DNA of 45,515 bases from Trichomonas gallinae (lineage: Eukaryota): assembly GCA_008369845.1 (NCBI GenBank), contig MRSU01010805.1, forward strand, positions 1 to 45,515, given 5' to 3'. Both the position numbers and the translations under genes were made by a program. Positions 11,735-21,700 of the stretch are shown in pieces. The notes below the pieces were generated by a model, which worked only from the letters and a program-made list of their open reading frames with translations, ran no database searches and had not been told where the DNA came from. Position 1 is the first letter of the stretch, and every line of letters starts with the position of its first letter.

Positions 11735-14224
11735 TTATAAGACATCTTCTGGAACTTCTGATGACTCTGGCTTGTATTGGGTTTTCTCTTTTTGCTTTTT
11801 GATTCGAAACATTACTACAACGAAAATTACTCCGCAAACGATGAGAACTAAAAGGACAGAAAAGATGGAGACAAGGGTTATCAATGATTTCTTGAGCTTT
11901 CCATCCTTTATATTCGCTGGAGTTGTTTCTTTCGTTGGAATAATTGTCAACGGAGGCTCTGTTCGCGGTGAAAGCTTCGTGATTGCCATTGTTACTGGAG
12001 GCACTGATGTCTGATACTCTAATCCTGAGATTTCTGGACAAAAAGATTCATTAAACTTAATTCTATTGTTATTTTCGTCATTTTCTTCTCCGATGACAAA
12101 AGCTTGGATAAATGATGAGCATGGATTAGGTTTCGTATGAGAAATCGGACTAATAGAAATAACTCCGTTTTTGAATTTCTTTGCGTTGGAAATGGATACA
12201 TTTATATATCCTGTGTTATAATCTATGGCCTGATGAATGACTTCATCGTGATCAAAGTCAACAATCGTTGTGACAATATCACAATCAAGTGGATTCGCCA
12301 GCCAATACGGCAGATGCAGGTCTTTATCTGTTTCTAATCTTCCATACTGCCGCAAAGTTGATTCCAGCGTCGAAACATTGTGATTTCCCGATTTTATCGA
12401 AACAATGCTCCCATTCGATAATATTACATTGGCGACGTAGTGAATGGACGACAAGTTGGCCAGGTTGTGCGGCGGATATGTTCTGTAACCGTTGATGTCT
12501 GATGCCTTGTCAAAAGATATGATATTGAAATACGCGTTGCTCTGATCTGTCATGTAAAATAAAACCGCTGGATTACTTGACAGTTCTTGTTTTAACTTCA
12601 AAGAAAGCTGGATTGTTTCTCCGGCTTTTAATTCCGCTCCTGGTTGGTAGTCAACGATGGACAAAGACCCAAAGCTATCTGACAACTCGTAGAGTTTGTC
12701 GTGGGATGGACTGGTAGGCTGCTGGATGATTTCACCTATTTTCTTGTCGACTTCTTCTTCTCCGAGGATGTTTTTCTTGATTAATTCTAGAGGTTTGTCC
12801 ATTCCGTAGACCTCAATGAATGTCGAACATATGCGGCCTGTTGGTATGCATCCTATAGACGAGATAGCGATGTGCCACTCGCCTGTAGCGGATTCGCCAA
12901 GAAATTGTCGAGCTGTGAATGCAAATCTGTTATATGCGGAGCCGCTTCTTTCTGTTTTTTGGATGTCATTGACGATAGCTCTTGTGCCACATGGTGATGT
13001 GACTTCTATTATTAGATCTCCAAGATTATCATGTGAAGTCTCAATAACAATAAAAACTGACTCAATAAAGCTGATCTTTTTGCCGAATCTATGCGTAAAA
13101 TTGAGTGGTGCCTCTCTGCATGATGGAATAACTGGATTTTGATAATATTGAAAAGAGGAAAGTTCAACTTCGGGTGGTATTGCTGGTATCATCGATGATA
13201 TTTTTAAGGCATTTTCAATGTTAAGACGCCCAAAACCGTATAAATTCGAATATTTAACACCTACAGCGTTTTCGATCCAACTTGAGTCACTTGCATCATT
13301 AACAGTGGCTGAAAGAGCCAAAATTAACTGCAATGCACGCCATGAATAAAACTGATTACGTTGTAATAAAAGAGATAACGAACCTGCAAAAATTGAGTTA
13401 GCTGCAATCATCTTTTCAGTAACAGGTCCGCATGTGTCGGATCCTGTTGGGCCCAAAATCGGATTTATAACCTGATCTGTGTGATAATTTATTGACGTAT
13501 CAGTTGAAGGAATATTAACTAAAAGGTTTGAAGACTTCGGAGAATAATAAGCGCGATCTCCTCTGTTTGTAGTAGCTGCAATATTGAATGAGTATCTTTG
13601 TTGTGTAACAGAATTAAAATTATAATCTGAATACACTTCGTTGCATAGAGGTGGATTAAAAATATTCAGTGATCCAAGTCCATTTCGACTTTTAGTGATC
13701 TTCATTGATAGAATGTGGTCGTATTCGGCTGAGTATTGGTCGATAACGAATTTATTATTGGGGCATTTAGGTGAAAATGGAAAAGTATTGATTTTCTTGA
13801 GTTCAAATTTCGGAGATTGTTCGAAATTTAATAAGAATTTGTCATTTGTCTGTAATTTTTTGCATTCGATTTTCACTTCAGGAGCAATTCCAACCGAACA
13901 TTGTTCGTCTGGTTGCTCATCTATTATTGATGTAAAATTCAATTCTGGATGTCTATGTTTTCGTTGTGGATTTTCAGGTGGGAGATCGTTTTGAATTAAA
14001 ATTTGTTCATTTTCGTTGTTGGAACATTGTGGTGCAAACACATCTATTCCAACATCCTTTCCAGTGAATAATTTTCGATCTATTCGCGCAAAATTAATAT
14101 CTTCACTAGCAAAACCTTGATTTTGGCCTGTATTTTGTAGGTAGAAAGGCATGGGTCCAGGATCAAAATCCCCTGGATGATCGCTTTCTCCGCAAATCAC
14201 CAGGCCAAAACACAAGAAAAACAT
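11735..14224 (-). CDS. kexin/furin-like (S8B) proprotein-convertase homologue with P domain and C-terminal TM; catalytic triad degenerate
   Basis: ATG at 14224 (MFFLCFGLV, signal-like). Kexin landmarks: CSVGIAPEVKI, SWRALQLILALSA, W.ENAVGVKYSNLYGFGRLN. P domain: IESVFIVIETSHDNLGDLIIEVTSPCGT...GESATGEWHI. TM LITLVSIFSVLLVLIVCGVIFVVVMF and a short cytosolic tail. Confidence 0.82.
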   Translation of the reverse strand: MFFLCFGLVICGESDHPGDFDPGPMPFYLQNTGQNQGFASEDINFARIDRKLFTGKDVGIDVFAPQCSNNENEQILIQNDLPPENPQRKHRHPELNFTSIIDEQPDEQCSVGIAPEVKIECKKLQTNDKFLLNFEQSPKFELKKINTFPFSPKCPNNKFVIDQYSAEYDHILSMKITKSRNGLGSLNIFNPPLCNEVYSDYNFNSVTQQRYSFNIAATTNRGDRAYYSPKSSNLLVNIPSTDTSINYHTDQVINPILGPTGSDTCGPVTEKMIAANSIFAGSLSLLLQRNQFYSWRALQLILALSATVNDASDSSWIENAVGVKYSNLYGFGRLNIENALKISSMIPAIPPEVELSSFQYYQNPVIPSCREAPLNFTHRFGKKISFIESVFIVIETSHDNLGDLIIEVTSPCGTRAIVNDIQKTERSGSAYNRFAFTARQFLGESATGEWHIAISSIGCIPTGRICSTFIEVYGMDKPLELIKKNILGEEEVDKKIGEIIQQPTSPSHDKLYELSDSFGSLSIVDYQPGAELKAGETIQLSLKLKQELSSNPAVLFYMTDQSNAYFNIISFDKASDINGYRTYPPHNLANLSSIHYVANVILSNGSIVSIKSGNHNVSTLESTLRQYGRLETDKDLHLPYWLANPLDCDIVTTIVDFDHDEVIHQAIDYNTGYINVSISNAKKFKNGVISISPISHTKPNPCSSFIQAFVIGEENDENNNRIKFNESFCPEISGLEYQTSVPPVTMAITKLSPRTEPPLTIIPTKETTPANIKDGKLKKSLITLVSIFSVLLVLIVCGVIFVVVMFRIKKQKEKTQYKPESSEVPEDVL

Positions 14225-15969
14225 ATTCGATGAAATAAAAAATTTTGATTTTTTCACTACATTTTTCTAAGAAAAAAATATTTAAAAAAAATAGTATAGA
14301 ATAAATATATGTATCTGAATTTAGTTGAAAAATTTCAATAAGGTGAATGTTGAAACGTTTGCAATCGTGAATATTTATCTTTAATGTCATTTATGTAAAA
14401 TATTCATCTTTATTTGATTTTTGGCAAAAAAAGATTCACGATAATTCCCCATTGAATTATTTTGACATATAAATATATTTATGCTATTTTTATAGTAATG
14501 TAATAAAAAATTTTGACTTTTTCACCCGTAAAAATTGATGCAAATTTAATTTAATCGGAATTTTAAATATACAGATTGTCAATGTATTAATTTTTCAAGA
14601 AAAATAAACTTGTAAAATTTTGAATGAAGAATAAAATATTAAAGAATTAGTGCGATAATGATATTAGCATTGTAAAAAACGCCAAATTTTGAATAACCTT
14701 TACTTTTTCAAATTGACTCTTTAACTTTATTTTCGATGATATGAAACATAGCAATATGGTCATATGTATACCTTTGGATATCTAAACATATGAAATGAAA
14801 ATAATGTTAATTTTTTTAGGTATTGAATATTTGATAAAAATAATACGTGGCATTGGCTCAGATATTGAAGCATATTCAATTCTATTTGATCCATAGAATG
14901 TTTTGTATATGCATGATATTAATATTTGTTTAATTTTTGTTGCGAATATAATTTAAAACTAGCTTTTGTATAGAACTTTATTCGTACATAGTAATGATAT
15001 TTGATTTCAAACTAAAATTCTCATACATATATATAATTGTTTGTTAAGGATGCACCCTTAACAAAAATTGAAGAAGATTCAAGATCAAATTGTGTATATT
15101 TGTTAAATTTTTTTCAATCCCAAAGATATGATTTGTTTAATCAAATGTGATATACATCGTTGGGTTTCTGACTAATAACTAAGAGCAGAATTTTGAATAA
15201 CAATCAATATATTGAATAACACAACGTTTTTCAACACCGTCTAATGGTGAAAAAGCTAAACTCATCTTGACGAGATCCTCATGGATAAATAAGATGTTAC
15301 AGAATTAATCAAGCAAGAATGATATAATCATAATCGAAAATAAGTATGATAATTAAAGATTTTATGAATTTTGTTTTTTCTTATAAATCAGTTAAATAAC
15401 GATTTAATACGAGAATTTTAGAGGATTAAATCATATAATCACACTAATTTTTATCAAAAAATAGCAAAATAAAGAATGTGCAATTGCCACAGTTTGCACT
15501 AGGTATATTGGAACAGAATTTCCAACTATAGGATGATGTAAAAATTATAGTAGGTGTATATTGATGATTGAGTGAAAAGAATAAAGGATTTTATTTTTCA
15601 ATTTTTGAAAATTATTTGTTAAATTGACGAATCATTTTACATGATGTAGGTAATATGTTCAATGATGTAATATTTAGAACAGATTATCTTCTACCAAAGT
15701 GCTTTAATAAATCTGGGTAAAAATAGTAAGTGAAAAATGTAAACCATTCAAAGTATCTGAATTTTAAGGTTAAATAATGATTGATTGTCACATTTTTTCC
15801 ATTACCGTTGTATTATTAATCAGTGGATCTTGAAAGTATAAATCAAAATGTGACGTTTTTGAATTTGGAAAGTAATAAAATATCTTATAACATTTAAAGT
15901 AATATTTCAATTATCAATAAAAATTTCGGTGGCTTATCTAGTCAGATTTTTTTTAACTTGACTTAAAAT

Positions 15970-17184
15970 ATGGAACATGTATTATTCAACTTCATTCTTA
16001 TCACGGCCTCTATGCTGATGGTTAGTTTTATGGGGCTAGAATTGGCCGTGTTAAATATACCAGATTTCCGATTGCAATTTATCAAGCATTTTTATTGGAG
16101 GCCAGAAAGAAGTTTACATAATTTCACAGAAGTACCGGCAAACTACAGCCATCCTGATATATTCATCGATATGCCAATAAATGGATCCTATCCTGGACTA
16201 AATAATTATACCTATTTCGATATGTATGACTCTACAGATGAAACTAAAGAAATCAATATTGTATACAAGAACCCTTTATACCATTTTATACAAGCTTACA
16301 ATTGCTACGTCAATTTTTATGGATCATTAATTTTCCGTGATTGCAAATTCTTTCACGGCGACTTATATAAAGATCGCAGACAAATCAATCCGTACAAAGT
16401 TATAAGACATTACCCACATATCCTTTGCATTGGCTATGGTGAATGTGATCACAATTTCGGTCATGCTCTCGAAGACATAGCCCAGCCGCTCCTATTCTTC
16501 TTGCATTATTATCCAAAGGAATTGCAGAAAAACGCATATTTTCTATACAACGGCTACCCTCCAGTAATGGATGTGATTATTGGTTTACTAAATATACCAA
16601 AGAGTCGAGTGATTGTTGTCAACAAGCACAGCTGGCTTTCATGCGATATAATTTCGTCTATTGTAAATCCAGTTAGCTTCATTAATGCTTTCGGAATTCA
16701 TACAAAAAGATTGCAAATGTTCCTGCATGAGAAATTCGGTCTCAGCAGGATCAAACCAACGCGATACGTGTTCATGAATAGAGTTTACAAACGCCCAAGA
16801 CACATATTAAATTTACCTGAAATTTTAACACAAACTAAATTAACGTATCCTGAGTATAATTGGGAAAATCAAACAGATATATACTCATTGAGGGAAGCAG
16901 CACCGGTTTTTGCTTCAATCAAATTCATGTTTACACCAACAGGATCAAACTGCGTCAAAGCATACGTAATGCATTCATTCTCGTGCATTGTTATCGCAAC
17001 ATGTCATTGCGGAGACAAAAGCATCGCTGCTGTAATATCGAATTGTGATATTTTTTGTCTAATGTACAAAGGAATTCCTGGATTTCACCATGATAATGGT
17101 GGAAAGGAAGTCAACGTGAATGAAGCACTGAAACATATTGGTCGAGGACTTCAAACACTTAAAGATCACAAAATACCTCTTTAA
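15970..17184 (+). CDS. glycosyltransferase family 61 (DUF563)-like type II membrane protein
   Basis: 404 aa with an N-terminal signal anchor. NFGHALEDI, YVFMNR...RHILNLPEI and FASIKFMFTPTGSN resemble the GT61 NxYH..D, R..R.I.N..E and F.....I.PHGAG blocks. Confidence 0.7.
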   Translation: MEHVLFNFILITASMLMVSFMGLELAVLNIPDFRLQFIKHFYWRPERSLHNFTEVPANYSHPDIFIDMPINGSYPGLNNYTYFDMYDSTDETKEINIVYKNPLYHFIQAYNCYVNFYGSLIFRDCKFFHGDLYKDRRQINPYKVIRHYPHILCIGYGECDHNFGHALEDIAQPLLFFLHYYPKELQKNAYFLYNGYPPVMDVIIGLLNIPKSRVIVVNKHSWLSCDIISSIVNPVSFINAFGIHTKRLQMFLHEKFGLSRIKPTRYVFMNRVYKRPRHILNLPEILTQTKLTYPEYNWENQTDIYSLREAAPVFASIKFMFTPTGSNCVKAYVMHSFSCIVIATCHCGDKSIAAVISNCDIFCLMYKGIPGFHHDNGGKEVNVNEALKHIGRGLQTLKDHKIPL

Positions 17185-17543
17185 GAGTCCTTTGTGATAT
17201 ATATAAGTCCATATCAATATGGATTTAAATTGTTTCTTTGTAAAAATGATAATATTGTTGATTCATTAAAATAATTTGCAAAATAGATTGAATTAATTTA
17301 GATAATAAAAGTACTAGAGCAAAAGACTTCATTAAAACATGATGAGATAGGATCAAAATTATTTTTAATATTTACGTGACAAATAAAATAAACTACATGA
17401 CAAAAAAAAATAAATTAGGCGAATCAAAACCTTCACCTTTTGTTAACATTGTTATAAGAAAAGTGAAATTGTTAAAATGTTTGTTTGATATCTATAAAAA
17501 TAAAAATATATTAGCGATAAAAGCGGTTTTTTTAGAAAAAAAA

Positions 17544-18663
17544 ATGAATGAAGATTTGAGGAAAGCAGCATTTAGTTGTCAGAGAAACAACCTTACTCTT
17601 CTTCAAAATCTCGTTCCTTCTCATGTGAAAGTTAGTGATTTGATACCACAGTTCATCATATCTTTATAATAAAATTAAATCTATATAGCAGATCGAATGT
17701 TCCTCTTATTTGTATTGCCGCAGCGTACGGATCTCTTGATTGCGTTAAGTATCTTGTGAATATGGGTGCGAATATCGATGCCACTGATAATTCAATTCAT
17801 CATTTTTTTATGGATCTAGCGCTATTCATTGGTCAGCGTTAGCCGGTTACGATAAAGTTCTCAAATTCTTAATCGAAAAGGGAGCTAAAATAACATATTC
17901 TCCTTTATTAATTGCAGCTCGCTATGGAAGACTCGAAGCAGTTTCAGTACTCTTAGATTTCGGTATTGATATGGTGTCCGTCGATCCTGTCGGTCGTACG
18001 GCACTTCATCTCGCAGCATGGTTCGGACATAATGATATTGTTAAGCTTTTATTGGCAAAAGGCTCTAAACCAGATGTTTTAGATAACTCTGGTCGTACAG
18101 CACTTCATCTTGCAGCTTGGTTTGGAAATGTTCCTGCGCTGCAAGAATTAATTGGGAAAGGCGCGCCATTGAACGTACAAGATAAGTCTGGAAATACAGC
18201 GTTGCACCTTGCTTGTCAGAATAACCACAAGGAAGTTGTAACAATCCTTTTAAACGCGGGCGCTAATACAAAACTGAAGAATATCCTCGGATTAACAATT
18301 TTAAACATCGCAGAAGCAGATGATAAGCCAGAAATTCTCGAAATCCTCCAGCAGAAAGAAGGAGAAGATACAAAGCATCGCGGATTAATCGTCGACAAGA
18401 CAATGCTCCACGAGCAAAGGTCCATGCAGAAGACGCTCGATGAGATTACGTCCGCACAGGAAAAGCGATCACAAGACATACATATGCTGCGCGAAAAACT
18501 TGATGCACAAGGACAGCGCCTAATATCGATCAATACAAGGCAGAACGAGCTTAAGCGGCAAATAGAAGAAATGGAAGATGTTGCAAATCAAATCGCGGCG
18601 AAGATCTCAGAATTAATTCCGAAGAAGTCTTCGAGATTCACAATGACTCATATACTAAAATAA
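17544..18663 (+). CDS. ankyrin-repeat protein with C-terminal coiled coil, split into three frames (putative exons 17544-17650, 17668-17794, 17812-18663; 361 aa)
   Basis: Ankyrin repeats continue upstream of the ORF-track start (17971): GSSAIHWSALAGYDKVLKFLIEKGA in the same frame, and NVPLICIAAAYGSLDCVKYLVNMGANIDATDNS in another frame. The ATG at 17544 follows an A run. 1120 nt minus 2x17 nt = 1086 nt = 361 codons plus stop, with no internal stops. Confidence 0.85.
17651..17667 (+). other. putative 17-nt non-canonical intron-like element 1 (GTTCATCATATCTTTAT)
   Basis: Removal joins frame 1 (…DLIPQ) to frame 2 (IKLNLYSRSNVPLICIAA…) and destroys the TAA at 17667. It is 14/17 identical to element 2 and both are preceded by CA. 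Exact boundaries are inferred. Confidence 0.6.
17795..17811 (+). other. putative 17-nt non-canonical intron-like element 2 (ATTCATCATTTTTTTAT)
   Basis: Removal gives DATDNSGSSAIHWSA, in exact register with sister repeats DVLDNSGRTALHLAA and NVQDKSGNTALHLAC in the same protein. Confidence 0.65.
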
Positions 18664-18760
18664 CTTCACTTATTTATTATATTCTTACTCAAATAATTGC
18701 GATTTTTTGTTTTTTTTCGAAAATGATAATTATGACAAATAACAAAATTATTTAATAAAT

Positions 18761-21700
18761 TTACAACATAATATGATTGTTATTGCAGAAGTCCTTTGCT
18801 CTGTTGTAGCCTTGGAGCGCGGCAGACTTGATGTAAGCGGCAGCTGTTGCCTGGTCCTTCTGGACTCCGGTGCCAGACCACAGCATCTTTCCGTACTGGA
18901 ACATGCCGCGTGCATTGCCTGCGTCTGCTGCCTTCTTCGCGTAGGTTGCGCAGCCTGTCATGTCCTTCGGAGTGCCCTCCCAGCCTGTGGCAAGGAGTTG
19001 CGAGTAGTGGATGCAGGCATCTTGGTCTCCTCTGTCTGCAGCCATCTTGTAGAACCTGGCGGCTGATGATACGTCCTTGGGGATTCCGTTGCCTGTCTGG
19101 AGAGTGACGGCGTAGTTGTACATTCCGAGGGTGGAGCCCATCAAAGCGGCAGCTCTGAAGCACTCAGCAGCGCGGACTGGATCCTTGCGGCAGCCAAGTC
19201 CTTCTGCAAGGAAATGGCCGTAGCTGCTCAATCCATCGCAGTCCTGCTGATCAGCGGCCATCTTGTAGTACTTCAAGGCACCAAACAGGTCCTTCTCGAC
19301 GGTCCACATGTAGTAGGCTGCTGCCTGCATCGCCTTGACGTGGCCTCTGTCAGCAGCAAGAATGTATGCGTGCTGGGCATCAGCTGGATTCGCTGGAACT
19401 CCAAGGCCGTTCTTGACGATGTTTGCGAAGTTGTACATTGCTTCGACGTTGCCTGCCTCGGCTGCCAGCTTGCACATGTAAGCGGCCTTGCGAAGATCCT
19501 GGCGGCATCCTTCGCCGTTCGTCAAAAGCTTTGAGCACTCCAGCATTGCCAGTGCGTGTCCGTGATTTGCTGCGTCTAAGTAGTAGACAATCGCCTTGGA
19601 GATGTCGCTCTTAGTGCCGAATCCTCTTGCCAAGTAGTTGCCGCACTGGAACTTCGCTTCGACATGGCCTAAGTCGGCGGCCTTCCTCATGTACTTAGCG
19701 GACTCCTGGTCGCTCTTCGGGTTGGACTCAGTTGCCAGAGCAGTGGCAACATCGTACATCGCCTCGATGTCACCTGCGTTCGCCCTGTCAATCATCTCCT
19801 TTGTGGCGATTGTGCAGACCGGAATCTTGCTGCCCTGGAACTGCATGACTTTCAGCTGTGGTGCTTGGTGCGGGGATGGCGCTGGGGCTGGTGGTGGCGG
19901 TGGCGGTGGGACTGGTACAGACTCCTTCTTCATCTCGAATGAGCTGGAGCGTGTCTTCACGTAAGGAGTCTGTGCAGGCATTTGCGGTGTTTCGTAGAAG
20001 ACGTCTCTTGATTTAGACATCTGGAGCGGGCTGCCTGCCGGCCCTCCTTTGCTGAAAAAACTGAAGTTCAACTGCTGTGGCTTTGTCTTTTGCTGCTGTT
20101 GCGAGAAATCTAAGAACATCGGCTGGTTAGCTGGCGTAGATTTGGATTGCAGCTGGGGATTCGAGTTCATCATCGCGAATGGGTCGAAGTTGGGGCCGAA
20201 CCTGACTGGGTTCTCCTGCGGCTGATTAGACTGTGGCTGTGGTGAAACCGGAGCAGGAGGGTTAAGGAACGGATTGAACGGTGTCTGTGACTGTGGTGAT
20301 GTTGGAGCGCTGGGTACCGGTGAGTTAGGCAAGGCTAAGTCGGATGGAGACTTAGGGAACTGGTTATTGTTAGGTCCAGCCTGCGGGCTCAAGACAGAAG
20401 GAGACTGATTGAATGATGGGTTGAATACAGACTGCTGTGAGTTGAGAACTGATGGAGGCTGGACGAGGAAGGAGGACTGTGGAGTGTTGACTGTAGCAGG
20501 CTGGTGTCCAACTTGGCCCTGCTGAGTGTTGTAGCCAGGTTGCTTCGAGTTGTAGGACGCCTGTTGCGGCTTGTTTGCAGACTGCTGTGTGCCGTAAGCT
20601 GATGATGTCGAGCCAAGAATTGGCGGAACAAACGGAGCAGGGCTGTACGGGCTTGGCTGCGGTGTGGCAATCATAGAAGACTGAGTTGATATGGAAGCAG
20701 CTGGCGGAGGATTGAAAATCATAGAAGACTGAGGCGTTTGATTAGTTATGGATGCAGCAGGTGGAGGATTGAAAATCATGGAAGACTGAGATGTCTGATT
20801 TGATCCGGATCCTGGTGGGGAGATGTAGCTTGCGGACTGCTTTGGACTGAGAGGCGGATTAAATTGTGATGAACTTGACAACGCGAGATCGAACGAAAAA
20901 TCCGATGATTTTGGCTGATTCTCTTGTCTGATCTTCTTAAGAAGTGGCTCTGCTTCAGTAATTCCGCCTTTTACAGCGATTTCGAGATATTTTTCAGCTG
21001 TCTTCAAGTCTTTTTGACCGAATTCGCCCTCATAGCAGTACTTGCCGAGGGTGTAAGCGCATTGCATGTTCTTTTTGTCGGCCATCATTGTTAACAATTT
21101 CTTGGATTTCGCTTGATTTTTCTCTACACCGTCGCCATCGATGAGCATGCGTGAGAGCATTAAGATCGCGCCTGCAATATATGATTTTGCGGCCTGAATA
21201 AAATATTCTGCCGCCATAACTTTGTTGCTGTTGACGATTTCACCCTTGTAAAGCGCCAATCCGCATTCGTATTGCGCTTCTGGGTGTCCTCCATCAGCAG
21301 CTTTCTTTAAAAACTTAATTCCAGTAAATTGGTCATATTTTGTGACTTTTCTGTCCATGATCAATTTGCCGAGAGAATAGCACGCATCGATGTTATTCGA
21401 TTGTGCCGCACGTTCGAATTCAGTGCAAGCGTTTTCGTATTCGCCGTGTTCCATATAAGCCAAACCCGCCTTGTAAGGATCTCCGAGAGATTTCACCGTA
21501 ATTGTGTTGTCTGCGTTCATCACTTTGCCAATGTATGCTTTGTATTGTGGAATGTTTGTATCTCCCATAAATTCTGTATCATCAAGAATGTGTCTATAAA
21601 TTTGCTCAAATGTTGGGCGGTCCTGCGGGTCCTGCTCCCAGCACTTCTGAATGATCTCAGCATAGAATGGAGGACATGTGTCTGGAATTTCGGGTCTTTC

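Noticed and set aside
17376..17543. N-terminal extension of ORF 17376..17669
   Set aside because: GTG start and AT-rich, K/N/I-biased sequence typical of intergenic DNA. Coding-like sequence begins at ATG 17544.
17651..17691. Canonical GT-AG intron (38 nt to 17688 or 41 nt to 17691) as the fix for ankyrin junction 1
   Set aside because: It is frame-compatible and cannot be fully excluded. However, it lacks the CTAAC branch motif and a typical 5' splice site, and it does not explain the same 17-mer at junction 2, which starts with AT and has no usable AG.
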